DNA of 64,000 nt from Podarcis liolepis (lineage: Eukaryota), in the NCBI GenBank assembly GCA_965112155.1, contig OZ218099.1. One strand, 5' to 3'. Within the stretch, counting starts at the first letter, position 1. Every line of letters begins with the position of its first letter. The position numbers and the translations under genes are program-made. This document shows positions 32,693 through 45,000 of this stretch, piece after piece. The notes under the pieces were generated by a model that worked only from the letters and a program-made list of their open reading frames with translations, did not search any database and had not been told where the DNA came from.

Positions 32693-32780
32693 CGCCCACC
32701 CGCCACCCGCGCGCTCAGGCAGTTTCCGGCAGCGGCACGGATTCGGCGCGCGGCGAGATGACGTCCGCGACGGCTTCCGT
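32693..32780 (-). other. RECQL5: Putative non-coding first exon of RECQL5
   Basis: Strong minus-strand donor GCG|GTAAGC at 32693/32692 inside the CpG island; the 5' end is a guess. Confidence 0.5.
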
Positions 32781-32895
32781 TCGCGAGGCTATAAGAGCGG
32801 TTGCCGCGGCAACAGCATTTTCCCCAGCAGCCCGCCTCGTGCGTCACTCGCGCGCGCCGGAAGACAATACGCTCGCGACGCTCGGATAGAAGAAA

Positions 32896-33013
32896 ATGGC
32901 GGCGGCGAAGAAAAGCGTCCTCTCTTCTTTGGCCGTTTATGCTGAGGATTCCGAGCCCGAATCCGATAGTGAGGCCGGTGGAGCGGCCAGCGAGCGAGGA
33001 GCAGGGACGACAG
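32896..33013 (+). CDS. SAP30BP: SAP30BP exon 1
   Basis: MAAAKKSVLSSLAVYAEDSEPESDSEAGGAASERGAGTT; donor CAG|GTGAGG. Confidence 0.95.
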
Positions 33014-36000
33014 GTGAGGCCTTGGTGGGACTATGGCGGGGCGGGGACGGAATTAAGGAATGAAGGGTGTTCGGGCATGTCTTTTTTTACGCCGGGGCCT
33101 CCACGGAAAGCTGGAGGGGTCTGTGGTGGGAGGATATTCCCCGCCTCGCCGCTGTTCGGTAAAAGGGGGAAATAATCACGCTTCTCTGGGATGATGGAAG
33201 ACGACGTGGCGTTTCGCCAAGCAGCATCTTCTGCCTAGCGTTAATTTGTGCTTAGGGCGTATAGTGAGGCTACGAATTCACCTAGAATTTGCGTGCCGGA
33301 TTTACGTATAGGCTAAGCAAGCTATAGCTTAGGGCCCCACTCTCTTGGGGGCCCCTAAAAAAATTAAAGGGATGTACATTTCCAAAATATAAGATAAAAA
33401 ACAAACAAAATAAAACCTACATACAGCAACAGTGTTTTGTGTTGTGTAGGATCCTATTTGTTATGTGCAAATGGCTTTAGATACCTATTGGGTCCATAAA
33501 TTGTAATATAGCATATATTCAACAGACAAAAAAGTGACAATTTGTTGTTAACCCAGGACAGCTGGACATTTAAAGAGTCCCATTACCTCCAGTAGCTTAG
33601 GGCCTCATCAGACCTAAATCCGGCCCTGACCTAAATTATTGTTATTTGCTGCTGTATTGTGGCTGGCAGTGGATCCCAAAAGCCTGGGCCATTGGCTCTT
33701 CCCCGGCATTAGTGCCTGATATCCTTTTAAACGGAGATGCCTGGTGTTGTAAATAAAAATATGCCCTTTTCCCTTATGGGGTATCCAAGAGCCCATATAG
33801 AGTCCTTACATAGGTTCCCTATTGGTAGGAGAAAATAACAGAGGCCAACCAGAGAATATTGAGAAGCAAAGCAGCTAGTAAGCTTGATCTTTATTGATCT
33901 GTTGCAACAGGGTACTCCCCTCACACGCAGGAGAGGAAGAGGACCCAGAACAATGGCCTGCAAGGCCTTATAAAGACTTTTGAAATTCCCATCCTCTAGA
34001 TCAAGACCACCCCCAGAAACATTATGCATACATCACAGAAGGGGTGTAACCTAAGACCACCCCTCAGATACATCCCACCTACATCACAGAAATTTAAATG
34101 TTGTTTTTCTCCTGTCCCAGTTTATCTCCTGTCTGGCAAGTTGCTTGATTGGATTTCTGGGGAGCCTGGCCATTCTTTTGTAGTGCTAAAATACTTATTT
34201 CCTGGGCCAGGTCACAGGCTCACACCTTATTCAAACACAGATTAAGACAGGATTTGTGAAGGAAGAGACAATGGGGAGGCTTTTCCATTTTTAACCTTGC
34301 AGAGAAAGGATTTGGTCAGTTTAGGAATCAAAATGGTTCCAGGTTGGCTTTCCTGTGCTGATCTATGTATGTGCAGTTATGAACATTACTATATATCTAA
34401 GACCATAAAATTCCTATCACACTGGCATTAGACATTCTACTTATAAAGCATATGTTGTGCCACTGATTTACTTCCCCATCCCCAAACCTACCGAGGACCT
34501 TCGTCCCCCCCCCCCAATGTCTGCCTTCCAGCCAGTTTTCTTTCTCAGAGGTGTATTTCAGATGCCTGTGATTCAAAACTAGCTTCTGATGTGCAGCCAC
34601 ACCGGAACCTTTATATGTAAAATGTGCTGTTAGCTTCTTAACAACAACAACAACTGTAATATGCAGCTGCAGTGTTTGATTTTATGCAAGCTGTGAATTG
34701 TGTGCCCAAATTTGTAATTACCAGGGCCATCACACAATGTCTCAAATATAGAATAAATGTTCATAAATGCACAAGGTAACCACATATATAAACCACATAT
34801 CTAAAATAGCACAGGACAACAACCCTGAAGCCATTTTGACCCTTCCAAAAGTGCCTCAAATATTTCTCTGCAGTTGGAGGAAGTTTTCCAATTGTCTTTT
34901 CACCTCCAAATCCAGTTAATAAAACAAATCCTGTAATGTAGGTGCTTACATCTCCCAGCAAATTCAGTCTGGCAAGAATCTGTTAAGGTGAGCAGACTAT
35001 CAATAGGTGTAAATTAGTTAAGATATTTGGGAACTATAGTATTTACCAACTCAAAAGGAATGACCTGGCTACCCAGGCAATGCAATCAGAAAGATGTTAT
35101 CAGGTACCTTGGTAGACAGTAGAGAAGTTGTACTCAGATTTCTGCTGGATACTGCCTCCTTCTGTGATGTATGTATGTATGTTACTGTTAAATCAGTATC
35201 AATCTCTTGCATATGTTTCCACTGGAATACCAAATGATCACTAGCTTGATTTTTTATTTTTCCCCTTGTTTTGGATGAGGTAGAAGAAAAAGGAGGTCTG
35301 GTGTCAGAAGGCTACGGAGAGGATGACTTCAGTAAAATGGAGGGAGAGGAGGATGGTTATGATGATGATGAAGATGAAAATAGTAGACAATCGGTAGGTA
35401 TATAATTATATTAATGCTGAGTCTATACAAACATCTTTTGTACCTTCCACTTTGTAATAGATTTGCCAGGCTCCTCACTTCTTATTTCTTTCTCTTATTG
35501 CTATGTATGTGCTTATAGAGTTATAGCTTAAAATGTCAGAGAGGTAAACACATCTGGAAGTATGACTTTTCATAGAACTGTAGAGTTGGAAAGGACAATT
35601 GGGGTAGTGTTGTCCAACTCCCTGCAAGGCAGGAATCCTTTACCCAAAGTGGTGCTTGAACCCACAACCCTGAGATTAAGAGTCTCCTTCTCTACCAGCA
35701 AGCCATCCCTTCAGTCTTCTAGTGGGCTCTTTGGCATCCACTTGTTACAGTAACATTCTCTATGGCTCCTATTTAAGTTGTCAGTTATTTTACTAAGTGG
35801 TCTGTACCCTAGTTAAGTTGTAAAAGAAACTTAGTTGTATTTCCTCCCCTACAATTTTTAGGAACAACATTATTTCAAATAAGCTGTTAGAATGTATGAC
35901 GAAAGATGTCTGAGAAGGGTCTGTGGTAGACCTGTAGTCTAAGATATGCTGGAAAGGGTGTTCCTTTACACCATATATTTTATTATGGTAGTAAATTCCA

Positions 36001-39000
36001 CCTCCTGCACTGTGTGAGAAATGTCTAGTACACAAGAAGATGAAGTGGGGCGGGGGGGGGGGAATCTACAATACAGTTTATATTAAAATAGTTGCTTGAT
36101 GATTTTGCCAATATTAGCACGACAGACATTTGAAATGTCTTGTCATATACCTGGTTTGTGTGTGTCAGGTTGTAACTCTATAAATTTCATTCTGTAACCT
36201 GTCAGAGGGAGAGGACAATTTGCTCCAGTTGTTTTGCAGTAACGATTTCTTGCTGGGTTAAGATTGGTCTCCCAATTTTTTAGCATTGTGCTTATCATTA
36301 TCTGTAAAATTGCTAGAGCAGACACTCAGATGGCATTTTGTAAGAGGTTACTGTGATGAACATTTCACAGCCTTTTCCAACAGAAGTCATGTGCATTTCT
36401 GTTTGTTTTTACTAGTTTGCAAGAAGCAAAGTACTACAGTATATGTGGCTTCCTGTCTGCATACGTGTTCCTTTTGTCTGATGACAACTTTGCATATGTA
36501 TATTGTTCAGAAATAAAAATTAACATCCTTAGAACCAAACACATTAAAAAGTAAATATCTTGAGGACAGTTTTTCAGACTATGGTCTAATTCCCTATTTT
36601 TCTGTATGGTATTCGCTTTAGCTTGAATAACAGTGCCTATAATTGGTATTATTTTACCTGAGAACAAAGCATGTTTGTATTGAGTGGAATTATTATTTAA
36701 TGTTCTACATAATACAGTAGCTAAGCTTTTGTTCTTGTTAAAACTTAAGCAATCCTTTTTCCTGGGAATGGGATGAGGGAGAACTACCTTTTTATAGTCA
36801 TGGTTGATTTTTGTTTTGGTGTCTGTGAAATGGCAATTGTTCAGTATACAAGTCTCATAGAGAACCTGCTAGGTCTACATCGGTTGTAAAAAGATGCACA
36901 AAATGAGTGTGGTAATAATTTTGGTCTCTGCTGCTGAAAGAGAATGGAAACTTTGGGACTTCATTGAATTGTTCTTTAGCAATTATCAGAACCAACAGAT
37001 TGGTAATGTAACTTTAAGGCAATACTGGTATGCTGATCTTCTTAAATACTGTCTTCCCCATTCCCACATTGATTTCATCTTCACCAACAATTTGGGTTGT
37101 CCTCTTCAGAGGTGTGGATTTTGTTGGTTTAAGAGCATAAGAAGAGCCTGCTGGAATGGGCCAAAGGACCATCTTGTCCAACACAGTGGGCAACTAGATG
37201 CCTATAGGAAGCCCACCATCAGAACCTGAGTGCAACAGCACTCTCCTAACCTGAGATTCCTCTGAACTGGTATTCAGAGGCCTACTGCATCTGACACTGG
37301 AGGTAGAACATAGCCTTATCCTCCATTAATTTGTCTAATTTTCTAAAGCCATCCAAACTGGTAGCTATCACTGGGGATGTGGGAGCGAGTTCCATTGTTA
37401 AGGTATGCACTGTGTGAAAAGGTATTGTCCTGACTCTTCTAAAATTCAGCTTCATCCACGAGTTCTAGTGTCATAAGAGAGGGCAAAAAATCTTCTCTGT
37501 ATCTATCTCTATCTATGCATACTATGCATCATTTTATCAACTTCTTTTTCACCTTTTCTCTAGACTAAAAAGTCCCATATGTTGTAACCTTTCCTCCATC
37601 CCCTTGGTGATGTTCCCGCCCCACCCCCCTTCTTTACTTTTCTAATATCTTTTTTGAGATAACACAACCAGAACAGTACACTGGTTTCTCAGCATGGTTG
37701 CACCATATAATGAATGGCATTATATCGGCAGTTCCGTGTTCAGTCCCTTTACTAATGATTCCTAACATAGTATTCATCATCTTCTCAGCTGTCACACACT
37801 GGATTGATGTTTTCACCAAGCTATCCACTGCAGCCCCAATGTCTTGTTCTTGGTCAGTCACTGCCAGTTCAGACTCAGTGAGCATACACTGTGTTTTGGA
37901 GGTCACAAAATCAGAGAGGTGTTAATAATTGCTAGCGTGTTTAGATCTCATGTTTGTTCGCTCTTTATGAACTGTCTTGGTATAAAAGAGTGGCAGTGAA
38001 TAATTTCCGCTTGACACAAATTTCTTTTCCTATCTGTGCTGGCTTTTTTGTTGTCTGTTTTTCGACAAATCAAATGTTATATGGGCATTTGGAATCTATA
38101 CCGACACCTGTTCGATTAGATGTAGAGATGTCTTGTCAATGTCATATTTTATCTGAATTGATGTTTTATCAGAGGGAGGGAAAAGTATTGCAAGAACAGC
38201 TCAGCTGAATGCAAAGGTGAAGCTGGGCTATTTAATGCAAGTCCCTTGCTACACGTGCAAGAACTTGCTGAGCCCACTCTTTAAAGCTTAATCCTGTAAA
38301 TTCTTTGTCTTATAGGAAGATGACGATTCAGAGACTGAAAAACCTGAGGCTGATGACCTAAAGGTATTTGGAAGAGTGTTATGATGGGAATACAGTGTAC
38401 ATAGCATGATTAGTTCATCATTTGCCTCTCATATTGTTGACAAGCTGGTGCAAAATCTTGTTGTGGGGTCTGTGGGAAGGAACTCTTGAAACACTTAGAA
38501 ATAGCCCAGATTTTGAAAGGCTACTAAAATGACTTTCCAGAACAAATTAGGTAACTCACTACAATAAGAAATATTTTGCATGGGTTCCGATGGCTATTGG
38601 CTGAAAACCTAGTCCATTCAACGAACATATTGTGAATGATCAGATTGCTTCTTGCCATGTGCAAGCGTATTTTTCTAAGAGTACATGTGTACTTATTTGA
38701 AATCTATACAGTGTTTAATACTGCCTTATGTTTAATAAATACTGGAGTATGTGGTGAGCCATGCTGCCCAGAAAGTTCTCGTGTTGCCACCCTCCAGACC
38801 TAATGTGGAGGAACCACATGAAGATGAATGCAGATTCCGGGATGGTTTATATGGGGGAGAGGTGGTCCTTCAGGTATTGCAGTCCTGAGCTGTTTAAGAC
38901 TTTATAGGTCAAAACCAGATTGGGCCCCAAAAATAATCGGCAGCCAGTGCAGTTGGGCCAGGATTGGTGTAATATGCTCAAACTGTCTCGTCCCAGTGAG

Positions 39001-42000
39001 CGACACTGGGGATTTGGTCATAGCAACTGATTTTTGGCACTGGGGTGGGGAGTTGTTGTAAATAATTAAGTGCTGCAGAGTAGACTAAGAGGGTGCCACT
39101 GACGTGTGTTCCCCCCTTCCTCCTCTCTCCTGTATGAATTTGCTTATCTTTTCCAATTTTGCCCCAAGTGTAGCATTGCAGTATGTACTGATGCCAAGCA
39201 AAGTTCAGAGATGATTTGCAGACCCTGATACAAGCCTGCTGGTTTGTACTAACCTTGGTGAAAATGTTAGAGCAAACCAAGGAAAGGAAAAGCAGGAGCA
39301 GTTTCACAGTATGCTTCCTGTCTTCTGACCATCATTTAGCAGTGTCTGTGCTGTGTCAGTGTGATCAGCAGCTATCATTGTATGTTGAATTGTGCTGTGG
39401 CCAGAATCTTGGGCATTCCTTGCATTGACATGCTAAACTTTATGCTGACTAGGTAAACTATACTGATGGCACACTAATGTAATCTTTTCCACATAAACTC
39501 TTAAGTTTATTTTGTGATTTTTTTTTATATATAAAGCTGCTCATTTACATAATAGTCTAGCATGGTGTTGTCTGCTCTGTCAGTAGTTCTCCAGAGCCTT
39601 GGGCAAGCTTCTTTCCAGCTATCCACTAATTTAAGTAGGGTTTTTCATTTTTTCTGGAGGGCCAGGAATGGAACCTGGGACCTTTTGCATGACAAAGCAT
39701 GTGCTGCACTACATGTGCCATATAGATACTACATTGAATGTATGGAAGCATCAAAGTTATGCCATACTAGAAGTGTTAGAAACTCAGATAAATAAGCTGG
39801 GCGCCAAATGGCTCTTTAAACCAGGGTTACAGTCACCAAAAGGGAATGCCTAGTTGCCATTTGAGGGCCTGATGGCTCAAAAGTCTCTCCCCCCCCCCAA
39901 TACAATGTTTTTGATCCCTGAAATTCATTCTGATTGTGCAGATCAAATATGACGAATAGAATTATGCAGGATGTGTTGCTAGTGTATGAAAGCAGTCAAG
40001 ATCCAAGGATCCCCAGGGATGCACCTGCAGGTGGTGATTTCAGATGCCATCCTGGCACCCAGGAATCTTCACTTGGTCGCAAGTGGCCGATAGCCAAGGG
40101 CAAAATGTGCCGAGCGAATATTAAATGCTGTGTACCACATTCCAAAACTACTTCATATGTACAAACAGGCCGTTTAAATGGTCTTGTTTGGCCTCCTACA
40201 TTCTGTGTAATGTGGTGGTGCAATACTGTTTTTCTCTTCCTGTCATAGCCCCTCACTGAATCAAATACCACTTTTTATACTTTGTGGATGTGGAGCGCTG
40301 TGTGTGGCCTTTGAGTTCCTTCTTGTCCTGTAGTTACATCATAACACTTTCTGGGCTGGTTACCTGATTATCTGTTATGCAGTACAGTGGTGCCTCGCAA
40401 GATGAAAAGAATCCGTTCTGTGATTCTCTTCGTCTAGAGGTTTTTCGTCTTGCCGAAGCAAGCCCATTGACGGATTAGCGCTATTAGCGGCTTTTAGCGC
40501 CTTATCAGCTTATCGGATCAGCTGATAAGCGGCTTAGAAAAAGGGGGGGGGAGGAAAAAAACCCCGCAGGAACTCGCAAGACATTTTCGTCTTGCGAAGC
40601 AAGCTCATAGGAGATTCGTTTTGCAAAGCCTCCAAAACGGAAAACTCTTTCATCTAGTGAGTTTTCCGTCTTGCGAGGCATTCGTCTTGCGGGGCACCAC
40701 TGTACAACTTAAATCTCTTAACTGGGTGGAGAGCCCTTCCTTATATTCAGAATCACGCTGTCTGTTCAGTAGTAAACCAGAAGGTGTCACTGTTCTTCCA
40801 GGTGGATTTTTCAAAGTTAAGCTATTATAGGTTGTATTAAGCTGCTGTGTGTTCATAAAGGCTACCACATTATTCTTTCATTTTTGGGACTTGTGCTGCT
40901 CTTGTCGATGTTGCTATAGATAATATAGTTGAAACTTGACAGAAGACTTTACAGCCACATTGCATATGTGAACAGTATGTTCCAGTAAGCTTTTCAAGTT
41001 CAGACATTGACATCAAACAGTGATTTCCACTTAAGCCCCAGGGCAAGGCTAGTTAAAGTAGACCAGAGTCTTTTTAAAAAAGAGGCTCTGGATAGAGCAG
41101 AAAGATGTCACAATTCCTTTGACAATATTACCTTGATACAGTAAAAAATGCAGCAGTAATAAACTACAATTGCTGTATAACATCCATTATGTCAATCTGG
41201 GGGTGTTATAGAACCATCTTCTCCCTAGATATTACAAACTGCTTTATTAGTGGCATATACCATATTTTTCCGTGTACTAGGCTTCCCCCCTAAAAAATAA
41301 TGTCAAAAATTAGGGGGCATCTTATACACGGATAGTGCCAATGGTGGATTTTCTTAAATCTGAGTCCCCCAAAATAGGGGGCGTCTTATACATGGGGGTG
41401 TCTTATACACGAAAAACGACGGTAATTCCATATTGGCTAAATCTGTCCAGATAAGGGTAGTAAGTGTTGGGTGTATGGCCAGTAATGGGGCTGACTTTAT
41501 TCATGTATGGTGGAAATGCCCAATTATCAATCTTTTCAGGAAGAAAATTGCATATGCAATTTCTCTCATAATTCATAAGAAGAGTCTTGCTGAATCAGGC
41601 CTAAGGCCCATCTGGTTTCTAAATGTTCTCACAGTGGCCAAATGCCTATGACAAAATGCTATGATATGCTCCCTGGTTCCCTTTTCCCTGTGGCCCTTCC
41701 TTCCCCAGAATAGCAGTGACAATGACCTGTGGATAAATGCAAACTAGGATTCAAAGGTCAGGAAGGTGGGTAGCATTAAAAGGCAAGTTCCAGACTTACT
41801 TTACCCCTCAAAAAATCCTGCTATGTTTCCTTAGCTCTGGAAATCTTTGTATCAAGGAAGTAAAGTATTTTCCAGGAGCTTGAATAGATGGTGTGCATGC
41901 TCCATATAACGATAGAGAGTTTTGATATCTTGGAAAGAAAAGCTGTACTTTGCTACTAGTGTATCCTGGGCTAATTAAGAAACTTGCATACAGTTACTTA

Positions 42001-45000
42001 TTTTGCATACTACTTTTGGTCATAGGAAGGGGAAATGAGCTTTGCCGAGTTCTGAAGCTCCCCTAGAAGAAACACTTTCCCTCTGGCATTTAAGACTTTC
42101 CTCATAATTTCAAGTTTGCTTTTACAGCCATAAAGACTATATACTTTTTCATGAATGTTTGCTTGACCCTCAGTAAGTATTAGCATTTATTTAAAGTATT
42201 AAATGAATTGTGCCAATGCAACACTTCCCTGGGTGTAATCCAGTTGTTGCTTTGTGAAAGGGGTTTTAATCCAGCTGAGGCTTCAACTAGTGGAAGAGAA
42301 AAGGAGTTGATTTTTTGACTGTTCCTCCTGCAACTCTCTGTGCTACCTTCCATTCTGTTCTGGAGGGTCTACCACCCGGAGCTGATTTTCAGTGGGTCCT
42401 GGGAAGTGGAATCTTCATGAGTATAAGGGCAGCAATTTGTTTCCACCTCTCCTTTTTAAAGAAATTGTCCCAGTTAGACTTCTAAAAGAATTCCAGTCAC
42501 TGAATGCATTGATTAAAAAAATCTAAAAAGGTAATAGTAGAATATGCACCTTAAAGTGTGTGTCTTGCAGAGGACTCTCCTCAAGGATTCTGTTTCTAAG
42601 TTTGAATATAGGTAAACTACAAGAGGTAACAAGTGAGACCATTCCTTCTGCTTAAGTCATCCAGGTAATGTTCACAGAGGAATAATTAACTTTGCCCATG
42701 ATTACTAATCTGACTTATGCTGATATGAGCAAGTTAATACACAGTGCCCTGCCCTTTTCAAGTGAGCCTTTGACACTTGCTTGTGTGCTTTAAAACACTT
42801 AAACTCCTTTGAGGAGCTCCTTCTCTTTATGCCCCTTTCCAGATTTGGTTAGAATGCTGCCATGTTAGAGTTCTAAATTTAAACAGTGTTGAATTTGCAA
42901 CACCAAAATACTTTTTCCTGAACATTACTTCCAGTGATACTCTAAGAAGCCATGCTGACTTCTCACTGTAACTTTGATATTTGGCTTTAGCTCTGGTGGG
43001 AGTTCAGTGTAAGATGTGAAAGATCAGGTTGTTACCATACCCTCTCTCCTCTTCACCCCCATTCCCAATGGCATGCTGCTTTTGTATAGTACAGTCATGA
43101 TCTTTGACAAAAAGGCAAGAGGTTTGAACTGTCTCTTGCCCTTTGGAAAGAGCGAAGATTCTCTAGAATCCTTTATTCTGTTGTCGGATCCTGTGCCAAG
43201 GACTAAAGTCTGCAAATAATGTATCATAAATTGCCACCCCTGGTCTTTAACAGGAAGAGGTATTCAGATCGTTACTTAAAATGCCAAGAGGAATGAGGGG
43301 CACAGTGTGAGTCATGCACTGTCTATTGTGAGTCAAGGTTAGAAAACCACTGATAGGCTATAGGGATCACCAACTGCCAGTCTCTGATTCAAATTATCCT
43401 ACCAGCTACCAATCCAGATGCAAGAGGGGTATAGGTGGAAATAGGAGGTGTACTAGTAGAACTTTCTAGCAGGTCATTTGTGGGAGTAGGGTTACCACCT
43501 TGGCACAAGCATTTGCTTCTCAGAGTAACCCTCTTAGCAAAACCTAGTTGGTGTCTGGTCTAGAAAGTAACATATGGTTGTCCCTCATGCATCTAAGCCT
43601 AATGTAGTGGGTTTAATGGTTAATCCAAACATGAGCAAAAAAAGGAAACCCAGAACAAAGTCTCTGTCTCCTTCATTACTTCTTTCTGCCCAGTTATTTA
43701 TACTATAAAAGTGAATGAGGGAATGAAACTTCCTAGGACCTTTGTAGAACAGCTTTGGTTAGCTGTTTGGAAGATGAGACATGTCCATTACGTGTCTGCT
43801 TGTTCTTCCCACAGCAGGAGTGCAAGCTGCAACAAACCCCTGACTCCCTCAAGTGTTGAATACCACAGATTGTTGACATGGGTGTGGTGTGACTTTCAAA
43901 TGGGAGGGAAGGGTATTTTAGATTGTGTTAGCTGCCAGAAGAAAAAAAACTACCCTTCCCAAATGCCCCTTGCTGTGAGACCTGATGACTTGAGCTAGAT
44001 GGGCACTGTTCTTTCGTTGCTATTTCTTGACTGTTGACATTCTAGCATTTTTAAAAAACCAAAACCATTTTGTATATTAAGCATGTCAAAACCTATCTTA
44101 GGACCCAGGTTAAAAGTGAACACTGCATCTAGTCAGTTTCCGCATCTCACGTCATCAAAAAAGTTACCTCTCTGCAGGAAATGGCTGTTCCCAGGGCAAA
44201 TTGAGACTTGTCAGACCATGAGTGTGTTCATCCACATGCCACTAAGCAAAAGTACCATAGAGGTGAGTGCCTCTTGTGAGAAAAGGTCCTGGGATGAATT
44301 CAGTTGCTTTTTTAATCCAAAGAGGCTCTCTAGTGCATGGGTAGGCAAACTAAGGCCTAATCGGCTTTTAAATCCAGCCCGCAGACAGTCTGGGAAGCAG
44401 CGTGTTTTTACATGAGTAGAATGTGTCCTTTTATTTCAAATGCATCTCTGGGTTATTTGTGGGGTCTGCCTGGTGTTTTTCATGAGAAGAATGTATGCTT
44501 TTATTTAAAATACATCTCTGGGTTATTTGTGGGGCATAGGAATTTGTTCATTCCCCCCCCAATATAGTCTGGCCCCCCATAAGGTCTGAGGGACAGTAGA
44601 CTGGCCCCCTGCTGAAAAAGTTTGCTGACCCCCTCCTCTAGTGCTTCCTAAGGAGAGGTGCTTTTCCTTTTCTGTTTAAGCCAGCCACTAGTAGCTGTTC
44701 AAATACAGTGGTGCCTCGCAAGATGAAAAGAATCCGTTCTGTGATTCTCTTCGTCTAGCGGTTTTTTTGTCTTGCGAAGCAAGCCCATTGACGGATTAGC
44801 GCTTTTAGCGGCTTTTAGCAGCTTTTAGCGGCTTATCTGCTGATCGGATCAGCTGATTAGCGGCTTAGAGGGGGGGGGAAGGAAAAAAAACCCGCAGGAA
44901 CTCGCAAGGCATTGTCGTCTTGCGAAGCAAGCCCATAGGAAATTCGTTTTGCGAAGCACCTCCAAAACGGAAAACCCTTTCGTCTAGCGGGTTTTCCGTC

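Larger units (their letters stand above)
32500..33220. promoter_or_regulatory. CpG-island bidirectional promoter RECQL5/SAP30BP
   Basis: Dense CpG between divergent genes; ETS-type CCGGAAG (32857) and TTCCGG/CTTCCG; TGACGTC CRE-like (~32759); TCGCGA palindromes (32781, 32873); YY1-type AAAATGGCGGC over the SAP30BP ATG. Confidence 0.88.

Noticed and set aside
32469-33175. 158-aa and 124-aa plus-strand ORFs in the promoter
   Set aside because: CpG-island artefacts in frames other than SAP30BP exon 1
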